A DNA stretch of 64,000 nt, taken from NCBI GenBank assembly GCA_030390025.1, contig CM059432.1, positions 54,004,001-54,068,000 of the forward strand, read 5' to 3'. Of this stretch, positions 49,481 to 60,524 are shown piece by piece. The stretch's first letter is position 1, and the number at the start of each line of letters is the position of its first letter. A model generated the notes under the pieces. The model saw nothing but the letters and a program-made list of their open reading frames with translations, was not told the origin of the DNA and ran no database searches. Source of the stretch: Squalus acanthias (taxonomy: Eukaryota). Made by a program: the position numbers and the translations under genes.

Positions 49481-50941
49481 AACTCCTCTTAGAGACCTAA
49501 TGGAGTTCCAGTCCGGTGATACCATAAATGAGGACTGCCATCCCCATGTTAGAAAACAGTGTTAGTCATTGATAGCTGTTGCTTTCCTTTCCATTACCTT
49601 TCGTGCACTTTGTTGGTGAGAAGCTATGGTGCAGAGCAAAAAATAGTGCTTCACGTTCACAAATGTTCCTCTGACTATGTGTAGTGCCTTTTCTTTTAAG
49701 GGAGAGACACTTTTAAACTGTTTTTTCAGCTCGTCAAGTACCAGAAATCCAGTGATTGACATAGCAGCATTACAAATGCAACTAGTTGCTGTGGTATATT
49801 TTCAGGGTCGGCAGCAGCCACCTCACCCAAATAGCTATTCTTCATGTATGGCCCTATATAGTTATTGCCAGTAACGATGTCACTACAGGAGCTAATACTA
49901 CTAAACCAATCTTTATCCTCACCTAGTGCCCACACATTCATCAACATGCGTACACACATTCCCAGCAAGAGTCTCTAACTGAATATTCTTTCTCCTGGCC
50001 GAAAGTAAGTTCTAGGTCCTCCATTACTGCTCCAGCTGAAATCGAGTAACTCAACAGAGTTCAGGTACATTCCTGATCTGTATAACTCAAAGACAGCCGT
50101 GATACATTTATTCACTGAGCCATCTGGGGATGCGTCCATCCTTTATCATGTTGCAAAATCCTGTTATAATGTGTTAAGTGTGTGTGTCCTATGTTTCACT
50201 CAGTTCTTCAAGCTCCAGTGCTGCTACATTGATTTTATTAATTCACATCTGTAGTTTAAATGCTGGCACAGTGCTGGTTTTGCAGTCTCATTAATGAGCA
50301 TTGAAACCTCAGCAGCAACAGGAAAAATTAGAGGAAGACAGCCAGACAGAGAAATAAATCACAGATTGGTTATTTTATAATTAAAACTGCAGTATCCCAT
50401 CCATGACAATTTCAGGTCAAGTTAATAAATTGTAAATCAATCAAGTAATTTGATGTCCTCTCAGAGATTTCTAAGAAGTACAGCCAGAAAATATGTTACT
50501 TGCTTTAAATTATATGGGGGAAAAATTTGGTTGGTTAGCGCCTCCCGTTAGCGCCTCCGGGGATTGACCTGGCGGTTTGCGGTGGCGCTAAACACTACCG
50601 CCACGATCTCCTACGCCTTCATGACGTCATCGAAGCGTGCATCTCCCCGGTAGTGCCCCGGACCGGAAATTGATTCTCGCCCCCTGCCTCAGCGCCTGGC
50701 GCTAGGAACGACAGGTAGAGGGGGACGGTTTGCAGTCGGCTGGGAGCTGGGGGAGCGCTAATTAAAGGCGTGCGCTTCCTGCATTTTCCTGTCGGCAAAA
50801 TATTCTGCATATGCAGGTTGAGAGAGGGAGAGAGGCGTCTGGAGACATTTAACGCTGTCCTACAAGGAGTTTTGTTCCTCAGCAAGATATTTCAGGTTCC
50901 CATTTCTGTCAGCTTTATTACCACCACATTTAGAAGATTAA

Positions 50942-52116
50942 ATGGGGGCTGTACTAGCTCGGGGCCTCATCCTCCAGCTTCACCATCGGAGGCAGCAGAG
51001 GCGGAGAGAGTGGAAAACGTGGCCAGAGTGAGGAGGGCCAATAGGGGTCTGCACATGAGACCTTACCCTCCCAGGGTATTCCGGGTGCAATTCTCATATA
51101 TCCATCTGTCCGAGGAGCAGTGTTTTAGAAGGCTCCGTTCCAGCAAGGAGGTGGTCACTGAGCTCTGCCACCTCCTGCAACCAGAGCTCCAGCCTCAGCT
51201 CAGGACCAGGAAGTCTCTGTCGGTGGCAGTGAAGGTGACGGTGGCTCTCAATTTCTATGCCAGCGACTCCTTCCAGGCTTCCACAGCGGATATTGCGAAC
51301 ATCTCCCAATTTGCCATCCATTGTTGCATCTGGGAGGTCACAAATGCTCTATACCAAGGGAGAAGGGAGTACATCTCATTCTCCATGACCTGAGACAAAC
51401 AGCGTGAACGCGCATGTGGCTTCGCTAGGATAGCGGGCTTCCCCATGGTTCAGGGCGCCATTGACTGCACTCATGTGGCATTGCGGGCTCCTCATGAAAA
51501 TGCAGAGGTATTCCGCAACCGCAAAGGCCTCCACTCTTTCAATGTCCAGTTGGTTTCCGACCACAGATAACCCATCCTCGCCGTCAATGCCTGCTATCCT
51601 GGCAGCAGCCACGATGCTTTCATCCTGCGCCAGACTGGTGTCCCAGACCTGTTCCAACTATCGCATCAAGCTCGCGGCTGGCTCCTCGGGGACAAGGGTT
51701 ATCCACTCTGCACCTGGCTGATGACACCGCTCCGTAACCTCAACACTCCTGCTGAGCTCGCATACAATGAGAGCCATAGCGCCACCAGGAACCTGATTGA
51801 GCAGACTATCGGCATGCTGAAGCAATGGTTCTGATGTCTTGACCACTCTGGAGGAACCCTGCAGTACTCCCCTGATCGAGTATCGGTTTTCATTGTTGTG
51901 TGCTGCATGCTTCACAACCTCGCCATTCTGAGGACCCAGCCATCGCCACCAGGGATTGGTGGACCACCTCAGGAGGAGGAAGAGGGAGAGGAGGAGGAGG
52001 AGGAGGCGGAGGAGGAGGATGAAGAGGAGGATGAGCAGCAACAACATGGGAAGAAGGTGCTCAATGTTGCTTCTGCAAGGGCCATTCGTGAACGCCTTAT
52101 AAGACACCGCTTCTGA
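50942..52116 (+). pseudogene. Harbinger transposase pseudogene
   Basis: GAIDCTH, GSSHDA and LGDKGY; stops at 51391, 51568 and 51832 plus frameshifts. Confidence 0.92.
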
Positions 52117-52424
52117 TGAATGACGGAGAAGATGGCTTTTGGGATGAACAAGCACATCATTACAGCCATCCCACAGCCCCTATTATCGGGCAAAGCTCCA
52201 ATGAGCAAAATGAGCAAAGTTGTAATGTTTCAATAAAAACTTTTATTTTTCGGAACAACTGTGTCTTATTAAGCACAACCAATAACAAACGAACACAACA
52301 ATTCATTAACAAACAAAACTGGTTCTTACCACATCGAGATAAGTCTTAACAGAGTGAACAATATATTAACATACACATCCAACTTTGGGATAAATATTCC
52401 CCCCATTTATTAGAGCATTTTTAG

Positions 52425-54299
52425 TTATTCGCCCTTCGAGAATGATCTCCCTCCCCTTCGCGCTTCCCCCATTCCAATGCTACTGCTCCTCCATAATGTG
52501 GCCCCAGTGGCTGCAACAAGGCTGGCAGAAGGCTGCTGAATGTCGGATCCAGAGACTGGAGATGGCCTTGAAGGACGCCCTCGACCAGCTCTGGTGCTGG
52601 AGGGCCCGGCTGCAGACTGCAACAACTCTGCATGGGCGGCAGCAGTCTGGGCTGGCTGGGTTACAGGCTGTGCAAGTGCAATGGCGGAGTGGCAGTGGTG
52701 GCAGCAGGAATGCTGTCATCCTGAGAGAGGACAGCACCTTCCTGCTCGACCGACACACTGCCACTCCCTTGGGGCAGAACCTCAGCATCCAGAGCAATCT
52801 GCTCGAGCACAGATTGCTGGCCTGCTGCGGTACCGTCAGATTCCCGGTGGACAGTGATCGACCCAGCGACGATGGCAGTAGTGAGAGCATGAGAGCAGTC
52901 TGACATTGGATGGCACCAACCAATGACTCGATTCTAGCACTAAGCCATTGCGGTGCCTCGGCCTGTGCTGCAATAGATGCTGCCACATCACCCATAACAT
53001 GTGGCATGGGGTCTGGGTCCCCACGGTCTCTCTGCAATTCAACCATCCTCTGCAATGAGGCAAGGATGGGCTCGAGGGTTTGCGCACAGATGACAGCTGT
53101 GCTGGCGGTGGACCCCTCCATGCTCCTAGCCAGTGCATCCATGCTCTCGGGCACCCTTGTCATTGCACCCATGAGCTCAGTGTGCATGCTCATCGCCTGA
53201 GTATTCATTGCCGCGATATCGAGGTCCTCATCTGAGTCCTGTGTAGCAGAACTCATGCGCACACTCACCCTTCGGGGAGATGGCCCCCGAGCTTCCCTTC
53301 CCCCATGGCGTTGCTGCAGCCCGCTGGGTCCCGGAGCTTCACCCACATCAGAGTCATTTCCTCTGCTCCCCTCCAGTGACCGCGTGGCCCCAGTATCGGA
53401 TGTCTCGCCCTCGGGAGACACATGCAGTGAGGCGCCGGCTTCATGTTCCTCCTCCTCTCCCGCATTGCTGCCACTGGGAGGCTGAGGGATAGGCTGGTCA
53501 GATGGTGGCTCACTATCTGAAAGCAGGAAGGTACAAGAGTGGCTTTAACGTGAGGGCAGGAAGGGAGCAAGGAATGGAGACAGTATAGTCAGATAGAAAG
53601 TGGGAAAGGCTGGTGGTGTGAGGGGGAAGTCGTATGAGAAAAGAGAGAGAGATGATGAACATACCGTTGCTGTCCCCAAAGGGGTCAACCTCACCAACTG
53701 CCACAGCGCCTATGACATGGCTCGCGATGAGTCTGTGAACTCGCTCCTCCAGCTGTGTGAGGGGGTGCAGCTCAGCCTGACTTCCTCCCGTGCATTGTTG
53801 CTCCCTCCGGTTATGTGAAAGCTTGGCTTGCCATAAAAAGGACAGCGTCTGAGTGAGTGTGCAGCCATGTGTTTGGCCAGATGTGCCTACCATAGTTGAA
53901 TAGCCGTTAATGTCTTCAAGGTGTGGGATGTGGATGTGACTTTTAGTAGATGGGCATAGTTGTTGGGTGAGTGTTTGGGATTTGGGACTTTACGCCGTCT
54001 ATGCACAAAGTGAGGTTGAGCTGGTGGGATGTAGAGGTATTTCATGTATCTACTCACCCTGACCACCCGAGTGAGGTCATTGAACTTCTTGCGGCACTGC
54101 GTGTGAGTCCCTTAGGCCAGGCTCCTGAATGAAACGTACTGGGCAACCTCCCTCCACACCCTTGTAACCTCCCGGGGCAATGGCCTCCTGCCAGTGTCTG
54201 GAAACAGCACTGCCCATCGGCGTTCCACAGCCACAACCAGAGCCACCAATGATTGTTTGCTAAACCGGCGAGCTCTCTCCCTGGGCTCTGAGTAGCCAT
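52425..54299 (-). pseudogene. Harbinger Myb/SANT gene, disabled
   Basis: QCRKKFNDLTRVVR and AKLSHNRREQ; exon-2 acceptor reads tggcaa instead of ttgcag; frameshifts. Confidence 0.87.
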
Positions 54300-54702
54300 G
54301 ATAATCTTGGCTGCAGAATTACACCTCCTTGCAGGCCCAGGTCATTCGCAGCAATGAGCAGGGTGTGGCTGTGCAGCATGACGGACCCTCCCCTTTAAGA
54401 ACTGGACGACGCCAGTCAGTCTGAGTACAAGGTAAGTGACATCGCCTGAGCTTCAGTAGCATTCTGAGGTAGCGCCCCATTCCCCGACATTAACGCCCTA
54501 AGAGAGGTGTGCAGCACTTGATTTAGCGTTCCAATCACCTCCAGGGAGACGCTGGAGACGAATTTCCCGGTTGCCGCGATAATTTGCGCCGGGTGCTAAA
54601 TTTAGCGCCCGGCCGATATTAGCGCCCCAAAATGGGCGATACCGAATTTTTATCCCTATATATTTTTTTTTAATATTTCCCCACAATCATTTGAAGATAT
54701 CA

Positions 54703-54879
54703 GGGGTAATTTTGACCTTTGTTGCCCGGCCAGTAATCTGCTGGAGTGGATCGCCCACCCGTTCTAGAACCTTGCCTGATATTCGTTACATTGAAATCAA
54801 TGGAACAAAAATCGGGCAGGTTCTAGAAAAGCCACTCTGCCAGGTTACTGCCCAGGTGGCGAAGTTGAAAATGACCCTC
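54703..54879. mobile_element. Short MITE-like inverted-repeat element
   Basis: Ends ggggtaattttgacct / agttgaaaatgaccctc with internal inverted ttctagaac motifs. Confidence 0.5.
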
Positions 54880-55827
54880 GCTGACTCATAATGAGGTACA
54901 GATGTCACGGGGGGTGGGTCGCAGGGAATCACAACTGATACTGATCCTGTCCTCACTCAACATCCATTATGCACAGTTGCCAGCAAGAATCATAGAGTAC
55001 TGGTCGGGAGCAGGAACTCTGGATGATTTTGGACATCTCTAGCCTAAGGATTCTGAGTCCAATTGTAGCGTCCTGACTGCAACTGAGATTAGCTAACTCA
55101 GTACAGACTGGCAATTGAAACTGATACCTTCTTAGTTTGTATAGCTGACGACCATAGCAGGCAGTGCATTTACCAAGTATTTCATTGGGCTTGTGCTATC
55201 GTTATTGAAAGTTTCTTCATAAGTATAGATAATTAATATGGTGAACATTTGTTGCTGGTCAGTTAAAAGAAAAGAATTGAATATGAAGCAGATACTTCAG
55301 TATTGGAATAAATAGAACAAGCTTTCACCTTCTGGCACTGGCTAGGATCAGATCAATTTGCAGAGGTGCACAGAACTTTCGGGGCCAAGCTGAGCTGTAA
55401 AATATTACTTCAGTGCCAGAATCAGTAAAGAAAATTCAGAACATAGAAACACCTGACATGCATCCATTGGACGTCACACCTTAAAAGTGACCATTACACC
55501 CCAAGAAGTCACACCTTAAAATGTCAATAGGAAAAATAATTATGATTATCTCAAATACCACCATCAGTATGATGATTTGCTCAAATATCCCATTGGCTTA
55601 ATATAAACCAATAAAAAAAATTCTGTTTACTAAACAGTAGAAAAAGCTACTAATCATCAACCACCATAAAACTATCCACTCAAATTATTTAATTATTTAA
55701 TAGCTTTCAGCGGCCACATTGGTATTTACCGAGCTGACTGTATTGGAAATTTTTAACATAATAAATGCATAAAGAAATAAATAATTTGAAGAAAAAAATT
55801 ATACTTAACAATAGTATTAACGATTGT

Positions 55828-57518
55828 GGCTGGAATTTTGCCTACCTGGGCTGGTCTGGTGCGGTCAGTGCCTGTGACGGGTCACAACCCCGCTGCTGGC
55901 TCCATCTCGCTGTTGAAAATGAATTTACTTTAATGGGGCCTATTAAGCCCCCCCAGCAGGTTAAAGGGACCATGGCCACGTTACATTTGAAGTTTAATCT
56001 AACATAGTGCTGTCAGTGCACTACAGCATTGGAGTGCTGCAAACACTGACAATGACTGCACAGAGGCACAGGGTTGCACCCAGGTTCTCTGATGACTCCC
56101 TCCATATGCTTATCACCTCCTCTTCCCTTCCGATGGGCGGAAGAGACCTCCCCAGGAGACCAAGACAGCCTGTTTGCAGATTGCAGAGGAGGCCACAAGC
56201 AGGGATGTGTTTGAGAGGACCTGGGTGCAGTGCCACAAACGTTTCAATGATCTCCTTAGATCAGGAAACATTAGTACAAAGCCACACTCAACCTCATCCT
56301 GCTGTGCCTCTAATCACATCCCCATCACTCTGCCTTCCCTTGACTACCCTACTCCTGCACATCCTTACTTACACCAGCATACCTTGCACCTCCACCCATC
56401 CCTCTCTCTCTATCTACATTATCACATCCCCATCTCACTAGCTACCCCTCACACTCACCCTCATCCTAGTGCAATCATACCAACTAACAACACACAAGGG
56501 TAGCCACTTGGGTGTTATATGCAATGTTTATGTAAAGTTTCTGTTAATTGTGGCGTCAAACATAAAAATATTTATTTTCAACACTTTCCGGTCTTGGAGA
56601 GATCTGTGTGCACCTTTGGAAGTGGCTTAGTGAGTTGCAGTGAATGGTGAGACATAACGGTACACCCCGCAATGGTGATGAGTGTGAAAGGAATGGCTTG
56701 GTCATTGTTGGGATGCTTTATGGTGTTGCTGTAGGGTGGTGCCAACCTGGCGCATGATGTGGCAGCCATATGGGTGTACAGCGTAAAGTTAACTAAATCT
56801 GGTCATGACGAGGCCATCGTTGGCCTCCCAGGCAGCAATATGGTCGGGTGCTGATGCCCTCTGTCCTGTGCAGCATCAGGTGATCTCGGAGAAGGTTGAT
56901 GTTGTTGTTGGTGCTGCTGGTGTGCCTGGTGCTGCTGGTGTTGGGGCCCATCGTGGTCGGATTCTGAGGACCAAGGTGAGACAGTATAAACGGCACCCAT
57001 GTTGATGAAATAGATGGCAGGTGAAGTACAGGTGACAGAAGCATTCTGTCAATGGTGAGAGAGTTCTTCCAATGAGGTGAGACTGGATGGAAACATTGCT
57101 GAAAACCCTTGCAGCCTGCAGAATCTGTGCTGGAAATAGACTGAGCAACAGCTTCTGCCTGAGGAAAGTGATCATCTGTCAGGTGGAGCTTTCACTGTAC
57201 ACTTGATGCTGTCAAGTAATCAGCTGGAGCAATGGTCACAGAACTCCCGCCTCAGGTTGACAGATGTGGTTCCCGAGCTGTGTGAATCCCGTGGCCATGC
57301 AGGAAAATTTAAAAAGTAAGTGAAAAAAAGGCTCTTAAGTGCCTGTAAACTATCTGATAATCATCTCAATTGGGCCACCCGGCGCTGCTGGTCGGGTCGG
57401 GTCAGCTCCGCAATGACACGCGCCTGGGGGAAAGGCATGTGGGGACGGGATGACAGCAGGTTCCTAACCCGCTGTCAAAAATAATAACCTTCCCACCTGA
57501 CCCGCCACCGATCATGGT
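55828..57518. mobile_element. Internally deleted Harbinger (lineage B): Myb exon 1 (+), intergenic part and transposase 5' stub (-)
   Basis: APRFSDDSL, RTWVQCHKRFNDLLRSG and MGAVYTVSPWSSESDHD; right subterminal region cut by an LTR. Confidence 0.82.
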
Positions 57519-59201
57519 TGTAAGGGGTTCGCGTGGCTCTGTGCTTAGCCTGGGTGCTAGTGCGGGGTTAGGCCTTGTTGCCTGTTCTGGTCTCCAGCCA
57601 GCCTGGTGACACTAGACACCTGTGAGTGGTTCGACCCACTCGCCCTTACGGTTCTGTCACTGGACTTAGGTGCGAGAGCAATAATGCAGAGAAAACTCAG
57701 GTAGACCCGGTTGAATAGTGCGAAATGGAAAATCTTTATTGCATATTATTCAAGATTACGAAATACATGTCATAAGCACAGATTAATGACAGTACAAACT
57801 TACATACATTTATGCAACTAGGTTTAGGGAAACGAGGAGCGCACGACACATCGTAAAAGGGGACACACATTATAATTATCCTTAAAACATAAACCCTCCC
57901 CTATCAATACCTGTCCTAATCTAGATCTGTAGGATCGAGACTCATGCTCACCACTCGTGATAACTCGGAGAATTCCGAAACTCTGCTCGGATGTTTTCAC
58001 CACAGCACCTGACTATCCATGTGTTGATCAGGGGTCTCTGTACCCCACTTGTTTACTCGCTTTGCTCCGGCTGGCAGGCTGGACCGTCTGCTGTCATGAA
58101 GATCTGTGTTGAACTCGGAACTCTGATAAAACTCAAAGAAGAGTCTTCCTGTGCTCGACACCAGTTAGCCGGTAAAATTCAAAGACGAGTCTTTCTGGAC
58201 CGACACCAGTTGTCGGTAGAACTCGAAGAAAAGTCTTCCAGGGCCAGTTGTGGAGTAGCCGATAGAATTCGAAGAAGTGGTTAATCGATTTTCGGGCGCG
58301 GTCGGGGTTTGCTGACCACGGCGGCACGTGTAGTCGTCTTCTTCTCTTCTCATCTCATCTCATCTCATCTCCTCTCGGGCCTTCGGTTCCAACACCGTTT
58401 ACCGACTTCTCGGGATGGTGCGCCCGCTTACCGGCCTTCGCAGACCAGTTCTCCACAGATCTTCGCGGCAAGCCACGAGGTTGACTCCCGGAAAATCAGC
58501 GGATCAGAGAATAAGAGTCAAGAGTTCTCTAACGAGTCAAAGGAATAAGAGAGAAAGATGGACGTTTGGACACTACAGTTATAGTACTGTAATTCCTTAT
58601 CTCCCGCCCAATCTTAATGTCCATCTTTTGTCATGTTTTGGCGCTCAAACTTCTTGTATGGGGTGGTACTTGTCGTTAATGGGTTTCGGTGATACTTGTA
58701 ACTGTCTGAGTACCCGTTAATATTTCTCCCCTTGTGGAACCGGCTAGGAGTCTCCCTGGAGGGGTTTTGGGGGCCTCCGAATTCTTGCTGTGAGTACCCG
58801 CGAACGGCTCTCTCATCGTAGAGCCGTGGGGAATTTGCGTATCAATGTCTTTTGGATGGGCCTTTTGATTGCCCAGTACAATAGCTCTCATTTGTGCATG
58901 GAAAAACCCGATTCCTAGCACTTATATTCCTGGTTTGGGTGTTAAAATGCAAAACAATCTCGTGTTGTCTTATCTCAATATGCTGAGTCCTGTCCGATCT
59001 TGCTGAAATGTTTATTGAAACGCCATCTTGTCTGCCTGCTGAAAGTCTAGAACCTTCTGCCACGAGGCGTGGCGGCCATTTTACAGGCTGCTTGTGTCCG
59101 TTTTGAAACCTGACAGCATTTTGCTGAAATAAAGCTGTGTTTACGAAACTGTATGCCTCTTTCTCATTATTTTTAAATCGCGATAATATGCGAATTCTAC
59201 A
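57519..59201 (-). mobile_element. Large solo-LTR-like element, 1683 bp
   Basis: TGTA...TACA termini, flanks TGGT/CGGT (one CpG-type change), minus-strand AATAAA near 57735-57740, CpG-rich, ~45-bp tandem units at 58125-58277. Confidence 0.7.
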
Positions 59202-59494
59202 CGGTCACATCTATTTGCAACGCCAAATTTCTGATTGGTTCCCTTGGAGGACAAGACCAGATTTCTGATTGGCCCCTTGGAGGACAAGACACACCCAACA
59301 GTTTCTCTGGAATATGTAATTTGATTCTGTCTGCTGGAGTAATCAAGATTTTTGCAATGTGTAATTTGATCCATTCATTGTGACAGCCAGCTCCAGAGCT
59401 CACAGTGCTAACACTACTGCTTTCAGAGAGCAGGCAGGGTTCACCCTTAAGGGTTAGGAGCACTCACAGCGCTCACACTGCCACATTCAGATAG

Positions 59495-59850
59495 GAAGGG
59501 GTGAGGCCATGGAGGGATTTAACATGAGGATCAAGGTGTTGGTGGACAATGTTCCCACTAATTTCTTTTGGGTGCGCAGTCCCTTTAATGGGCTGCACAG
59601 CCCATTCAAAGTTTTGTGCATTCAGAAGCCAGTAAGTGGCCTGCACAGGACCTCCAGACAGCTGCGCGGATGTGCAGCTTAGAGGGAATGTTGTTCATGG
59701 GCCATGAGCCAATGTAAGGCAATGGGTGATGGGTGAATGGGACTTGCCGCGTGTTAGGATTTGTGTAGCAGAGTTTTGGATGAGCTCAAGTTATTTGAGG
59801 GTGGAAGATGGGAGGCTGGCCAGGAGAACATTGGAATAGTCGAGTCCGGC
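59495..59850 (-). mobile_element. L2 fragment containing a ~147-bp hAT-like MITE (59547-59693)
   Basis: Flanks are colinear with the L2 at 3215-3440; MITE ends caatgttcccactaa / ttagagggaatgttg. Confidence 0.6.
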
Positions 59851-60240
59851 AAATAACACATAAATGTAATGTTATGCATGTTGTAGGACCAACACAGAAT
59901 ACACTCTCACTTTTAAAAATGTATTTATTTATTGCCCATCCCTAGTTGCCCTTGAGAGGGTGGTAGTGAGCGGCCTTCTTGAACCTAGGGGTGGGTGGGA
60001 GGAGAGGTAGAATGTGGTGCAGGTGTAAAGGGGGTGGGGGTGGAAGAATGTGATCCAGTCCTAACAGAGGGCGAGAGAACATGATCTATCTTCCCCTCTG
60101 GATCACGTTCTTGATCTCATCTGCCCCTCTTTAGACCTGGATCACGTTCTTTCACCCCCCTCCCCACTGTTCTCACCGTGCTCCCCCCAACAAGTTCCTG
60201 ACCTTCTCTCCCCGAGTTCCTGATCTTCTCCTCCCCACCA

Positions 60241-60524
60241 GAGACTGGACAGGCTGGAGTTGTTTTCCTTAGAGCAGAGAAGACTGAGGGGGTACCTGAG
60301 TGAGGTGTACAAAATTATGAAGGGCATAGATAGGGTAGATAGAAAGGAACTTTTCCCCTTAGTAGAGGGGTCAATAACCAGGGGGCATAGTTTCAAGGTA
60401 AGAGGCAGGAGGTTTAGAGGGGATTTGAGGAAAATGGGATTAGAATAGACAGGGCTTGATGGCCGGTGCGGACACGATGGGCCAAAGGGCCTCTTTCTGT
60501 GCTGTATGACTCTATGACTCTATG
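60241..60524 (+). mobile_element. CR1 LINE 3' fragment
   Basis: FSLEQRRLRGYLSEVYKIMKGIDRVDRKELFP; tail (tatgactc)n. Confidence 0.9.

Larger units (their letters stand above)
50516..54656. mobile_element. Full-length degenerate Harbinger (lineage A relative), opposite orientation to 9344-13634
   Basis: TIR GGGGGAAAAATTTGGT / GGGATAAAAATTCGGT (13/16), TSD TAT, both genes present but disabled. Confidence 0.92.
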
